Shown here: piece after piece, positions 10,265 through 21,591 of the stretch
How positions within the stretch are numbered: the stretch's first letter is position 1
Layout of the letters: every line of letters starts with the position of its first letter
Assembly (NCBI RefSeq): GCF_001194135.2
Contig: NC_069006.1
Span: forward strand, 12,640,249 to 12,686,062
Source: Octopus bimaculoides
Taxonomy: Eukaryota
DNA: 45,814 nt
Reading direction: 5' to 3'
The notes under the pieces: model-generated
Seen by the model: only the letters and a program-made list of their open reading frames with translations
The model's database searches: none
What the model was told of the DNA's origin: nothing
Translations under genes and position numbers: made by a program

Positions 10265-10980
10265 ACGATATTATATCTTAGTCGGTGTGTTGTTCTCGTC
10301 TTAGTTGTCGCTTTCATTATGTTTTGGCTGTGTACACTTCAGCCTTCTTCAGGTGTCTTATACCTTAGAACCTCTAGGTGACTGCAGTGCATTTCAGTGC
10401 CTTTATCCACTACAAAGGCACTGGCTAATGCCGTGCAGTCACCTAGCAGTTCTGTGTTCAATCCCAGACAATACATTAAGGTGAATCACAAGACACCTGA
10501 AACCTTGCGAAAACAGCAACTAACATGAGGACACCACCCTGATGAATACATAATATAAGAAACCCTCATCTGAGAAATATGGAATTGTTTATAAAATAAT
10601 GATATAAATATTTTATTAGAAACTTCCTAATTCCTATGCACTCTGATTTGTTACTGAATTGGAATAAATATTTTAGGCCTTACATTTCATTTGTTTGTGG
10701 AATTGTGAAGATTTTTAAGTATATAGCTCTTCTCCATTGTACATAAACTGTATCTTTTGTTCATGTTCTTGGATGATCTGTACCTCTCAAGGACCTTCCA
10801 TGTGATGATGAAATCAGCATCTGCAGGTAGTATGTTCTTTGAATTCCCAAATATAATTGGACAATTTCATTATATGCCTCTTTTCTCTGTACCTGGAGAC
10901 AGAAATATAACTGAAGCACCATTGCTAGAAATCTTCACAATTCTGCTAACCATCTAAATTTAAGTTCGGGAATTTTTATA
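10265..10980 (-). mobile_element. Penelope-like element 3' relic (GIY-YIG endonuclease C-terminus plus pLTR-like region)
   Basis: Minus-strand translation across a frameshift and stops: SRYREKRHIMKLSNYIWEFKEH / DFIITWKVLERYRSSKNMNKRYSLCTMEKSYIL. This matches the PLE endonuclease C-terminal pattern (ELSKYIW..K..W.IL....C.LC..EK). A hammerhead-like motif follows downstream. Confidence 0.7.
10313..10357 (-). ncRNA. Decayed minimal hammerhead motif of the Penelope-like relic
   Basis: GACAC CTGAAGA A GGCTG-aagtgtaca-CAGCC AAAACATA. GAAACGT is replaced by AAAACAT, consistent with CpG decay. Probably inactive. Confidence 0.55.
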
Positions 10981-10991
10981 AAATATTGTGT

Positions 10992-11452
10992 GAGCATGAC
11001 TGTGTGGTTAAGAAGTTTGCTTCCCAACCATGTGGTTTTGGGTTCATCCTGAACGCATGGCACCTTGGCCTAGTGTCTTCTATATAACCCTGAACTAATC
11101 AAAACTCATTGTGTATTTGTGTGTATATATATATATCTATACATACATACACCAGGTGACAAAAGACCAAGGTATCTGGTACCTTGTACCCAAGAAGACC
11201 CATCATCCACAGTAGAAGTGTTAATGCCACTCTCCCTGCTAAAGAGGATTGACCTGCAAGCTCCCTGTGCCAGCGGCACATAAAATGCACCCAGCACACT
11301 TTGTGAAGTGGTTGGCATTAGAAAGGGCATCCAACCATGGAAACCAAGCAAAATCAGACTGGAATGTGGTGCAGCTCTTCTACTTACTAGCTCTGGTCAA
11401 CCATCCAACCCTTGCCAGTATAGAAAACAGACATTAAATGATGATGATGATG
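10992..11452 (+). mobile_element. SINE A head fragment (10992-11110) and SINE C copy (11260-11452)
   Basis: Similarity to the copies at 8911 and 18. Confidence 0.7.
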
Positions 11453-11591
11453 GTGTGTGTGTGTGTTAGTAGGGTAGCATCTCCTTGTTTCAACATCTCA
11501 TAATATTTGTAAACAGAGTACCTCATTTCCAATTTTCTATGAAGACATATCTGACCATGGAAACAGGTGGGCTCTAATGATAACCTCAGCT

Positions 11592-11840
11592 AACAACCAT
11601 TTACTCCCCTTCTGGGGCTATAGGAAATATTTCTAGACATGCTGTGTACTTGTAGCAAACTAGACAATATCTCTCACTGCTAACAACCATTTACTCCCCT
11701 TGTGGGGCGACAAGAACTACTTTTAGACATGCTGTGTACCTGTAGCAAACTAAACAATACCTCCTGCTGCTAAGGAGTATTTACTCCCCTTCTGGGGCCA
11801 CAAGAACTATTCCTGGACATGCTGTGTACCTGTACCAAAC
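11592..11840. repeat. ~89-bp tandem repeat, about 2.8 units
   Basis: ATTTACTCCCCTT(C/G)TGGGGC..AGACATGCTGTGTAC(C/T)TGTA occurs three times at ~89-90 bp spacing. Confidence 0.9.
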
Positions 11841-12189
11841 AAGTGAATTATTGCCAGAAATAAATAACTTTGCCAACAACTTGTGCCAAGTTAATCTGAT
11901 AAATACCAATTCACTTGTTGATGGAAGCATTAAGTCATTAAAATCAACTACGTCTGTTTGTATGTACTTGTGTGTGTGCGCGTGCACATATATGTATGTG
12001 TGTGTACATGTATGTATGTATGTGTGTGTTTACATGTGTATGTATGTGTATGTTTACATGTGCATGTATGTATGTTGGTGTTTGTATGTGTATGTGTGTT
12101 GTGTGAATTTTCCCACATTTTAACATAAAAAATAAATTTAGAAAACTAGTTTTTGGTTTTATAGTGTAATTTGTGAAGTTCTTTATAAG

Positions 12190-12545
12190 TATTTTGTGTA
12201 ATAAAGCTGGGGGGTGGGTGGTAAAGTTGGGTAGATGAGTGGGAGGAAAATAAATCAGGGTGGATGCATGTATCAGATAAGCAAAGTTGGGGTGGTTGCA
12301 CATAGCAAGAGCCAAGCTGGAGTGTTTGCATGTAGTGGGAGTGAAGCAGGGTGGATGCATATAGAGTAAAGCTGGGTGGATGTGTATAGAGGGAGCGAAG
12401 GTGGGTGGATGTGCATAGCTGGAGCAAGACTAGGGGTGGAAGTGCATGGCAGGACTGTAGCTGGGGGTGGATGTGCATAGTAGGGAATGAAGCAAGGATG
12501 GATGTGTGTAACATGAACAAGGTTTAGGGTGGATGCATGGCAGAA
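12190..12545. repeat. Degenerate G-rich ~30-bp minisatellite (GGGTGGATGTGCATAG)
   Basis: GGGTGGATG motif recurs at about 30-bp spacing. Confidence 0.7.
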
Positions 12546-12762
12546 TAGTAATCATTTAAAGAACTGTTGGGTAAGCTTTCAAACCTGTCTTTTTATTGGG
12601 GTAAGCTTTTCTAAGAATGAACACCATTGAAATCTCTTATTAAAAATAAATGTTTTGGCTTTGACTGAAGTCTGAGGATACATTTAAATGTAGGAACCAT
12701 GTTAGGGTATTTAAAGGTGGTTGAGAAATGTTCCCTTCTACATGTAGAGGTGTGGGGTATGA

Positions 12763-13070
12763 TGGAGTGAAAATAAAAATATTGTGGAAATTGAAAATGC
12801 CTGAGGGCTAAATGTTGCTATATTTGATTACTAGAAAAATGCTAAATTTTCACTGAGATTAATCAAGGGCATTTACTCCCTCGAGCCCCCTAAACTCCAA
12901 AAATGGGGGATTTTTGTAAATGTTTTACAATAGCAGAGTTTGCAGGGTTTCATGGAGTAAATGCCCTTGACTGATCTAAGCGAAAATTTATCATTTTTCT
13001 AGTAATAATATATAGCAAGATTTTAGGCCTCAGGTATTTTCAATTTCCACAATTTTTCATTTTCACTCCA
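12763..13070. mobile_element. ~310-bp fold-back (MITE-like) element
   Basis: Imperfect inverted arms ~12763-12898 and ~12936-13070 (e.g. TTACTAGAAAAAT / ATTTTTCTAGTAA; CAAGGGCATTTACTCC / GGAGTAAATGCCCTTG). TSD not resolved. Confidence 0.7.
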
Positions 13071-13116
13071 CCCTAGATTATACAATCTATATACCCACAC
13101 ACACATACATAATAAA

Positions 13117-13663
13117 TACCCTGATGCAGTACCAGACAGTGGCTCCCATGGCTTCTGATCTTAACTGATTGGAAGTATTATCATGTTTTGTCTTGGTATA
13201 AAAGATGGGCTACAGCAAATATTCTGCTCAATACCAGATTTGCTTGTCAGTTGTTCGACCTTAACCTGTTGAGCATGTCCCTTGGTGGCTGATGATATGT
13301 GCATCTCTGATCATGAGCAGAAGTAGTTGGGGGAGCATCATAGCCATGTGTTGAGAGGAATTCTTTGGAGTTTGAATAATTCACCTTTGGAAACATGGCT
13401 GTTTTGCTCAACATCCTCAAATAAACCTTATTCAGGGACCTTTTAAACAGGATGGGCTACTTGACCTGAAGAAAATTCTAACTGGGCCCCACATGCAAGG
13501 TTATGTGCTGTTTATCTTGATATGATACGACTATGTCACACACATATGGTTGTGATGCATGTGCCTGGTGTGCCCTTATCAGACGGGTAGTCATGATGGG
13601 TATACTGGGCTTTGTATATTTTACCCCAGTGTCACTTTGATGGCATGCACTGCTCTCTCACTC
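13117..13663. mobile_element. ~550-bp interspersed element in an AAT context (copy 1)
   Basis: Collinear end to end with 35299-35850. Followed by (AAT)5. Confidence 0.85.
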
Positions 13664-13677
13664 AATAATAATAATAA

Positions 13678-14110
13678 TACTTTCTACTATGGGCACATAG
13701 TAATTTCGCGAGAGTGGGGCTAGTCAATTATGTCGACCCCAGTGTTTAACCGGTATTTATTTCATCTACTCTGAAAGAATGGAATGCAAAGTGGAATTTG
13801 AACTCAGAATGTAAACATGGACAAAATGCTTAGCTGCATTTTGTCCATGTTTACATTCTACCAGCTCACTACTTTCATAATAATAATTATAATTTATAAT
13901 GTAGGCACAAAACCAACCAATTTGTTTTTCGGTGGTGGTGGGGTGGGGTGGGGTTTGGGTTAGATAAGTCAATTACATCACTCCCACCACTAGCACCAGG
14001 ACTTGACTGGGACTTTATTTTATTGACTCCTAAAAGGATGAGAGGCAAAGCTGACCCTGGTGGAATTTGAACTTGGACTGTAAAGAGCTAGAAGTGATAC
14101 ATGCCACGAA
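13678..14110 (-). mobile_element. Two SINE family B copies, minus strand
   Basis: Reverse complement of the family B module at ~13678-13875 and ~13960-14110. Confidence 0.7.
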
Positions 14111-14453
14111 GCTTTTTGTCTGACATATTAACAAATCTATGCGATAAAAATGAAATAAGCAAAGTAATAATCTGGAAATTATAAAATTCATTTTGCAAGG
14201 GATTTGGTTGCTACTTTGGAGTAAGGTCAAGTTTCTACATGGACGCTAGAGTGAGGTGGGGGAAAAGGGGAATGCATCTGTTATATTTCATCTAAGGTCA
14301 AGTGGCAAGACAAAACAACAGCTGTACCCACCTCCCACGTCCTTCTCCTTCTCCTCCCAAATCCATCCCACCCCTGCTGCTCCACAACTGGTTGTAAATA
14401 TATAACAAGTCTCACCAGTTATCTACTTGACTTTTGTATTAATCATGATTTCA

Positions 14454-14485
<32 letters not shown>

Positions 14486-14727
14486 TGATCAGGTTTGATA
14501 AGTAATTAATAAGTACTAATAATAAAAACCGCTAAAGGCATCTCTTATTTCCCACGCTTTATTTTTAATTTGATGTTTATTTGTAAATGTGTGTGTGTGT
14601 GTGAAAAGCTATCACGTTTCCACACTTTTTATCTTTTTCTTTTTTTCTGTCTTTTAAATTTCTATACCTGTGTTCATGTCTATACATTTATGCACACGTA
14701 CAGTAATGCCTACATCTACATAAAGTA

Positions 14728-15110
14728 ACAGTGGGGTAGTATCAAAAAGCTCCCAGTCTAGTTATGTTTAAGAAAAGCAATAACTTATTTACCCAAGTTT
14801 TAACATCGTCTCCTTCGAAATAGTCACCTTGCACAGCAATACACCGGTCCCAGCGTTACTGCCACTTTTGGAATCCGGCCTGGAAGTCGTTTTCCATAAG
14901 CAAGTGGAGGACCTTCTGTGATTCATTCTTGAGCTGCATTTTCATCTTGGGGAAGAGATAGAAGTCTGCAGGTACTAAATCTGGTGAATAGGGTGGGTGC
15001 AGAAGTGATACCATGTGTTTTTGGTAAAAAAAACTCATGAGTGAGGAGAGCTTGGTGACAGGGTGCATTGTCATCGTGGAGAATCCAATTCTTCGCACTC
15101 CACTAGCCAT
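14728..15110 (-). pseudogene. Mariner transposase 3' relic with terminal repeat
   Basis: Minus strand: MVSLLHPPYSPDLVPADFYLFPKMKMQLK..ESQKVLHLLMENDFQAGFQKWQ (mariner YSPDLAP motif). TIR-like GTATCAAAAAGCTCCC near 14740. Confidence 0.85.
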
Positions 15111-15295
15111 GCATGTGTATGTACGTGCCTAGACATGTCTGTATGTTTACTATAATAGACATTACAGTAATACAACAGTATTTTTGTGTGTACGTACTCT
15201 ATCATCATCATCTCTGTCTCGACCACCATCATAAGAGATAGTGTTACATATACCACAGTTCTCAGGGATGGTATCCTTACGGTGCCACCTTGAGA

Positions 15296-16085
15296 ATTGT
15301 GGGCCAACTAATGCCTTGGTAGATGGAAACTTTGTGGAAGCCTATTGTGTATGTAATGTGTCTGTGTGCACGTGCACAGATCTATGTTTTTGTCTTTGCC
15401 CCACTCTCACTGCTTGATAACCTTTTTCATATTTTTTTTACTTGTTTTAATCATTGGACTGTGGCCACACTGGAGCATTTGTCTTGAAGGGTTTTTAATC
15501 AAACTCATCAACACCAGTACTAGATTTTTAAGTCTGGTACTTATTCTGTCTCTGTTTTTAAACTCCTAAGATATGGGGGACATAAACAAAGCAACACTAG
15601 TAGTCAAGTGGTGGTGGTGGTGGGGGGAACCACACACACACACACACACATCTGGCACAGGGGAACATAATAGAATCAAAGGGGAATATACTCATAACAG
15701 ATGCCCACAGGCTCAAACCTTTCATTGATTATCAACCAAATATCAACAAAATGTCGATACATGATAATATTCTTCAATTTAGCAGTGTTAGCTGCTGGGG
15801 TAGAAATAGTGGATGTGATGGGCTTCCATGTAGTTTCTGCCTACCAAATTCACTCTCCAGTCACTAGTCGGCCCGAGGCTTTGAACCTGAAGCCACATGG
15901 TTGCAATGCAAATTTCTTGACAACACAGCCATGCCTGTATCTGTGTAAGTTTGTTTACACCCCCCTCAGCAAAAACTAAAGTCCTAGACATAAAAATCTG
16001 TATTGGGGGGTCAATTTATTCTGCTAAACCCTTCAAGGCAATGCCCCAGCATGACCACAGTTCAAAGATTTAAACAAGTAAAATA
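15296..16085. mobile_element. Nested SINE A copies: + strand copy split by a - strand copy that is itself interrupted
   Basis: + strand middle 15296-15420 and + strand 3' half 15940-16085 flank - strand 3' half 15430-15640 and - strand 5' half 15790-15930. Confidence 0.6.
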
Positions 16086-16111
16086 TAAGATGTATATAAA
16101 CAGTTGCATAT

Positions 16112-16735
16112 AGGTGCAGCATGGATGTGTGGTAAGAAGCTTGCTTACCAACCACATGGTTTTGGGTTCAGTTCCACTGCATGGCACCTTGGGCAAGTGT
16201 CTTCTACTATAGCCTCGGGCCAACCAAAGCCTTGTGAGTGGATTTGGTAGACAGAAACTGAAAGAAGCCCATCATTATATATATATANNNNNNNNNNNNN
16301 NNNNNNNNNNNNNNNNNNNNNNNNNNNNNNNNNNNNNNNNNNNNNNNACGCACACACACACACAAACACACACACACACACACACACACATGTATGTATA
16401 TTTGTTTGTACTTGTTCCCCCCACCTTCACTTGACAACTGATGTTGGTGTGTTTATGTCCCCGCAACTTAGCAGTTCGGCAAAAGTAACCGATAGAATAA
16501 GTACTAGGCTTACAAAGAATATGTCCTGGGGTCGATTTGTTCAACTAAAGGCAGTGCTCCAGCATTGCCGCAAGGCAGACTCATTAGCACTCCAGGTGAA
16601 ATGCTTAGTGGTATTTTGTCCATCCCTAGATTCTGAGTTCAAATACCACAGAGGCCAACTTTGCCTTTGGGGTCGATAAAACAAGGACCAGTTAAGCACT
16701 GGGATCGATGTAGTTGACTTAAATACTCCTGGGTA
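16112..16735 (+). mobile_element. SINE A (16112-16572, with gap) followed by SINE B fragment (16575-16735)
   Basis: Similarity to other copies in the window. Confidence 0.8.
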
Positions 16736-16764
16736 AGAGTATAAAAACTGCACCCCTTTGCTAA

Positions 16765-17000
16765 GCCATGTCAAGCCATTGTAGAAGAGTAGGCACATGA
16801 AACCAATATGATCTCAGGCTCAAAATCACGGCCTCCACATTGGACCATGGTTGGTGGAGAGAATATGCTGAGGCCTTTGTCCTGTGGTGAACTGAACATA
16901 GGTGATCCAATCCAATCCACACATCACGGGACCTGGTGTTATAGCTAAAGCCATCTTGCATGCTAAACACAGGAGGTGTCAAGCTTTAAAGAGAAACATA
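16765..17000 (+). mobile_element. Possible RTE-clade LINE 3' end fragment
   Basis: + frame WWREYAEAFVLW*T resembles the RTE ORF2 terminus. 16920-16990 resembles 17750-17820. Confidence 0.35.
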
Positions 17001-17844
17001 AGGATTAGGATTGATTTACTCAACTAAACCAGGGGTCAGCGAAATGGGGCAAATTACCCCAAGTGGAGTAAAAATGAAATTCTTGGGGGTTATGAGGACT
17101 CATTGTGGAGGCGCAATGGCCCAGTGNNNNNNNNNNNNNNNNNNNNNNNNNNNNNNNNNNNNNNNNNNNNNNNNNNNNNNNNNNNNNNNNNNNNNNNNNN
17201 NNNNNNNNNNNNNNNNNNNNNNNNNNNNNNNNNNNNNNNNNNNNNNNNNNNNNNNNNNNNNNNNNNNNNNNNNNNNNNNNNNNNNNNNNNNNNNNNNNNN
17301 NNNNNNNNNNNNNNNNNNNNNNNNNNNNNNNNNNNNNNNNNNNNNNNNNNNNNNNNNNNNNNNNNNNNNNNNNNNNNNNNNNNNNNNNNNNNNNNNNNNN
17401 NNNNNNNNNNNNNNNNNNNNNNNNNNNNNNNNNNNNNNNNNNNNNNNNNNNNNNNNNNNNNNNNNNNNNNNNNNNNNNNNNNNNNNNNNNNNNNNNNNNN
17501 NNNNNNNNNNNNNNNNNNNNNNNNNNNNNNNNNNNNNNNNNNNNNNNNNNNNNNNNNNNNNNNNNNNNNNNNNNNNNNNNNNNNNNNNNNNNNNNNNNNN
17601 NNNNNNNNNNNNNNNNNNNNNNNNNNNNNNNNNNNNNNNNNNNNNNNNNNNNNNNNNNNNNNNNNNNNNNNNNNNNNNNNNNNNNNNNNNNNNNNNNNNN
17701 NNNNGGCTGCAGTTAAGTGACTGAAGCAAAAAGAGATATATAAACATATACACGTTTCATGAGACCTGGCATTAATACTAAGACCATCTTGAATACTAAA
17801 TGCTGAAAGTACCAAACTTTGAAAAAAAAAAAATGGGCACAAGT

Positions 17845-18590
17845 ATTGCTGTGTGGTAAGAAGTTTGCCTCCCAAGCATATAGTTCTGGGTTCAGTCCCA
17901 CTGCGTGGCATGATGGGCAAGTGTTTTCAGATCACTTCTGTTTGGCTCACAGATTTTTTAATATTTTTTTTTTTTAACTAAACAGTTTGAAACTTTGTAT
18001 ACTGGTGTAATTTCTCATGCTGAACACAGTTTATTTTCAATATTTTTGACAAAATTTCATATTTTAGAAGTTATTTCTTGTTAAAGTTGTCATATTTGGG
18101 TGATTTTAACCAATCAACGATGTGCATTCAGCTGAAGAAACCTGCTGTTTGTGATAGTAATCAAAGAGCAACAACTTCTGGGTCATCTCTACTAAATGTA
18201 TTTTTCAACCACGTGTGGATTATTTGGTGTGTTCTTTAGCTAATCCACACTGAAGAAAGCCCATCGTGTGTGTGTGTGTGTGTGTGTTTGTCCCCCCCCT
18301 CCATTACCATTTGACAACCAGTGATGATGTGTTTATATCCTTGTAACTTAGTGGTTCAACAAAAGAGGGCAATAGAATAAGTACCAGGTTTTAATAACAA
18401 AATAGGCACTGGGGTTGATCTTGTTTGATTAAATTATTTCAACGTGGTGCCCCAGCATGGCCACCATCTGATGACTGAAACAAATAAAAGATAAAAGATA
18501 CTGTGATCAATTTATTCGACTAAACCCATCAAGGTGGTGCCCCAGCATGGCCATACTCCAATGACTGAAACAAGACAAAGGATATTGGAA
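17845..18590 (+). mobile_element. SINE A split by a Merlin-like MITE fragment (17926-18145, minus orientation), with duplicated tail
   Basis: Head 17845-17925, 3' half 18250-18500, repeated tail ~18500-18590. The insert is reverse-complement similar to 22868-23040. Confidence 0.65.
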
Positions 18591-19074
18591 AAGAAAACCC
18601 AGAATAATAGTCTTCGATTTTGTTCCATTGTTGTGGGGCATTCCATAGATAGACTTTAGCAGAATAAGGGGGCTATCGATTTTATTGATTCCCTATACCT
18701 GACGGGTAAAATCCTAACTCCTCCTCCCTTCCATGACGGAATTTGAACCCAGAAACATAAAGCAACGATGTAAGTAAATAGCAAGACTGAACTAGTCTGG
18801 TGCTCTACTGAATATATTCTACCCTCTGAATCTTATGGCCACAAACAATATTTCTGTCAGTTTGTTGTAACTTTTTTGTTTTGGGTTGTTGTTTTTTTTG
18901 TTTTTTCTCTCTCGTTTTTTGGGGTTTTTTTCGTTGTTTTTTGTTTTTCTCAGCTGTGAAGAGAGTAAAATGAAACCAGATTAAACCAGTTGCATGACTC
19001 ATTCACTTAGAATCAACTTCACTTCACTTCTACAAATTGTTTCACTGTTGACTCTCAATTGTTCCTACCCCTTT

Positions 19075-19606
19075 CCTAACCCCTCTTCTCTCTCTTTCTC
19101 TCCCTTTCTTACATTTCCTTCCTCTCTTCTCCTCCCCCTTTCTAGCATTCTCCTGTCATTACACCCTCTTCTACCCTTCTCTCTCTCCCATCCTACCCCT
19201 CTTTCTCTCTATTACTCTCTCTTCTCCCCTCTCTCCCTCCTACCCTCTTTCCCTTATTACTCCCTTTTCCCTTCTCCCTCTTCCTACTTCTTCCACTCTC
19301 TTTCTCCTTACCCTTCTTTCTATCCTCTCTTTTTAACAACTCACTTTTATCCCTTCACTCCCTTTCTACCCCTCTTTTTCCCTCTCCTTTACTATCCCCA
19401 CTTCTCCCTCTCCACCTCTCTCTCTTTCTCTCTTCCTATCCCTCTTCTCCCACCTTCCTCCCTTTTCTAACCTCTCTTCTATCCCTCTCAGTCTTGTCTT
19501 CCTTTCTCTCTCTCCCTTCCTACCTCTATTTTTCTCCTTTTCTCCTCCTCTAATTTTCCCTCTCTTCTCATTCCTCTCTCTCTCTAGTCTCTCTCTCTCT
19601 CTTTCT
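19075..19606. repeat. ~530-bp polypyrimidine low-complexity tract
   Basis: Almost entirely C/T on the + strand. Confidence 0.9.
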
Positions 19607-19760
19607 GTGCTTATATCAGTTTATCTTAAAGTTCTCAGTTTATATGTCATGTGTATATGTGTATGTCCGTCTCTAAGCTCATATGCCAGGAAAAGCACAT
19701 TACTAATGTGTGTGTGTGTGTGTGTGTGTACATACATGCATGCATGCACATGTGTAACAG

Positions 19761-19838
19761 TGGAAGTGCAGCCCCCACACAAACCTAGTCATTAACATTC
19801 CAGTAATATTAACCATAATGGACCAAGATTATTTACTG
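19761..19838 (+). CDS. Candidate coding exon, 78 nt, phase 0-0 (WKCSPHTNLVINIPVILTIMDQDYLL)
   Basis: taacAG acceptor, CTG|GTAAAA donor. Only one of three frames is open, and it is in phase with the next two exons. Confidence 0.5.
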
Positions 19839-19968
19839 GTAAAACACATCCAGGTCTTTGTTGGCTAGGAAAGAGAGGTGCATGGTATATGGTTTCTATT
19901 AGACTTGACAGCAGAATCTGAGTGAACAAACCTATCACCAACTCTTATTATAACACTACTACATTTGA

Positions 19969-20010
<42 letters not shown>

Positions 20011-20157
20011 TATGTGTGTGTGAGTATATGTATCACTTTAACTGCTTGTAGTCATTGAAACTGCATTGATGCTGGTATAATTGTGAAAAATACTCACAAC
20101 CCCAACTAGCATTTTTCCCTTAAACTTACTGTTGATATACATGCTCAGCCTCACTAC

Positions 20158-20188
<31 letters not shown>

Positions 20189-20730
20189 CCCTTCTCTCTT
20201 CCTCTCCCCGGTCTCTCCTTTTCCAACTTGGGTAGCCATGTTTCTCCTCTACAGCAAGGCCCGCATTTCTATCCCTCTATCATACTCTAACTTCTCATCA
20301 CCTGGCACAAAGCCACTTTCATTCAATACTTCTCCTCCCTCGGTGGAAGGGTCATGTCTTGGAAGTTATTTGGCAACCTCACTGCTGCTGGTGCCACATA
20401 AAAGGACCCAGTACACTCTGTAAAGTGGTTGGTATTAGGAAGGGCATCCAGCTGTAGAAGCCGTGCCAAAGCAAAGCTTAGTGCAGGCCCCTAGCTTGCC
20501 AGCTCTTGTCAAACTCATACCAGTATGGAAAATAGATGTTTAATGATATACATGTGCGAGCGTGTGTATGTATACTTGATCTTCTAAGTCTAACCAACTG
20601 TGAATATATTACTGATGAAACCTAACTTTAAAGATACGCTACACATTGTCTTTATTTTCCTGGTAGAAGAAGGTAGTGGGAATTCAGATTGTCTAATATT
20701 ATTGGAGTTTTCTGCTTTGCTTGTTTTCAG

Positions 20731-20755
20731 ATTTTAAACAAACTTAGAGGAAAAT
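20731..20755 (+). CDS. Candidate 25-nt coding microexon, phase 0-1 (ILNKLRGK)
   Basis: Strong acceptor tttgcttgttttcAG, donor AT|GTAATT. Only phase 0 is open, and it ends in phase 1 as the next exon requires. Confidence 0.55.
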
Positions 20756-20830
20756 GTAATTGCTAGGATGATATCAGTTAATTGAAATTTTTAATTTGCT
20801 ATATTAAGCATGTGATACTCTATTGTAACC

Positions 20831-20886
<56 letters not shown>

Positions 20887-21373
20887 CACCTACACATATC
20901 CACCCACCTCCACATATATATATGTGTGTGTGTGTCTTTATACAAAAGAAAGAATTAGAGGAACTCGGGTGTGTCTTATTGAATTGCAACTAATATAATT
21001 TTTATTTACAATCAGGAACCTACGTCAGTGGCTCAAGGACTGGAAGTTTAGTATCAAAGAATTTATAAAAATTATCAAAGGGGAAGTTTAATAAATGCTT
21101 TGACACAAAAACTCTATGCATCTGAGTCACTGCTGTAGCTTCTTGGCTATAAATAATCATATCATAATGTAAGAGTTATAAAGTATATTAAAATGTATTT
21201 TTACATTATACATTGAAGTGTTTGGACAGATATAATTATCTTAGTAAAATATGTGCATGAGTTGAAAGTCTATTCTAAGTTTCCACCCAAGCTGGCTAGG
21301 GGTTTGGGGTGGAACTCAGAGTAGTAGACTTTCAACTTCCTCACATACACATTTTGTGTAGTAAATGCCATTC

Positions 21374-21404
<31 letters not shown>

Positions 21405-21591
21405 ATTATAGTTAAAAATGAAGGCAAGTTGTACAATGAAAACAAATTAAAAGGTGTGACTTATTGAAATAATGAGTCGAAGTGTGAGAAGTGCTTCATG
21501 TATTTATGTGGGAAAGATAACTCTGTGTGTGTATCTATCTGTGTGTGGGGGTGGGTTTGTGTGTGTGTTGTGATCAGTTTTATTTTTCCAG

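Noticed and set aside
10757-10957. 66-aa + strand ORF
   Set aside because: Antisense shadow of the Penelope-like endonuclease relic on the minus strand.
11516-11565. AG..GT-bounded open segment (STSFPIFYEDISDHGNR)
   Set aside because: Resembles the repeat sequence at ~41900-41950, so it is probably retroelement-derived.
11592-11840. Regularly spaced repeats as a possible CRISPR array (also 6880-7220 and 18-209)
   Set aside because: Whole units are repeated with no unique spacers, the context is eukaryotic, and no cas genes are present.
14202-14222. 21-nt AG..GTAAGG microexon candidate; similar isolated candidates at 6568-6641, near 37487, near 38078 and near 39731
   Set aside because: Splice-like sites are common in AT-rich DNA and these could not be chained unambiguously in phase.
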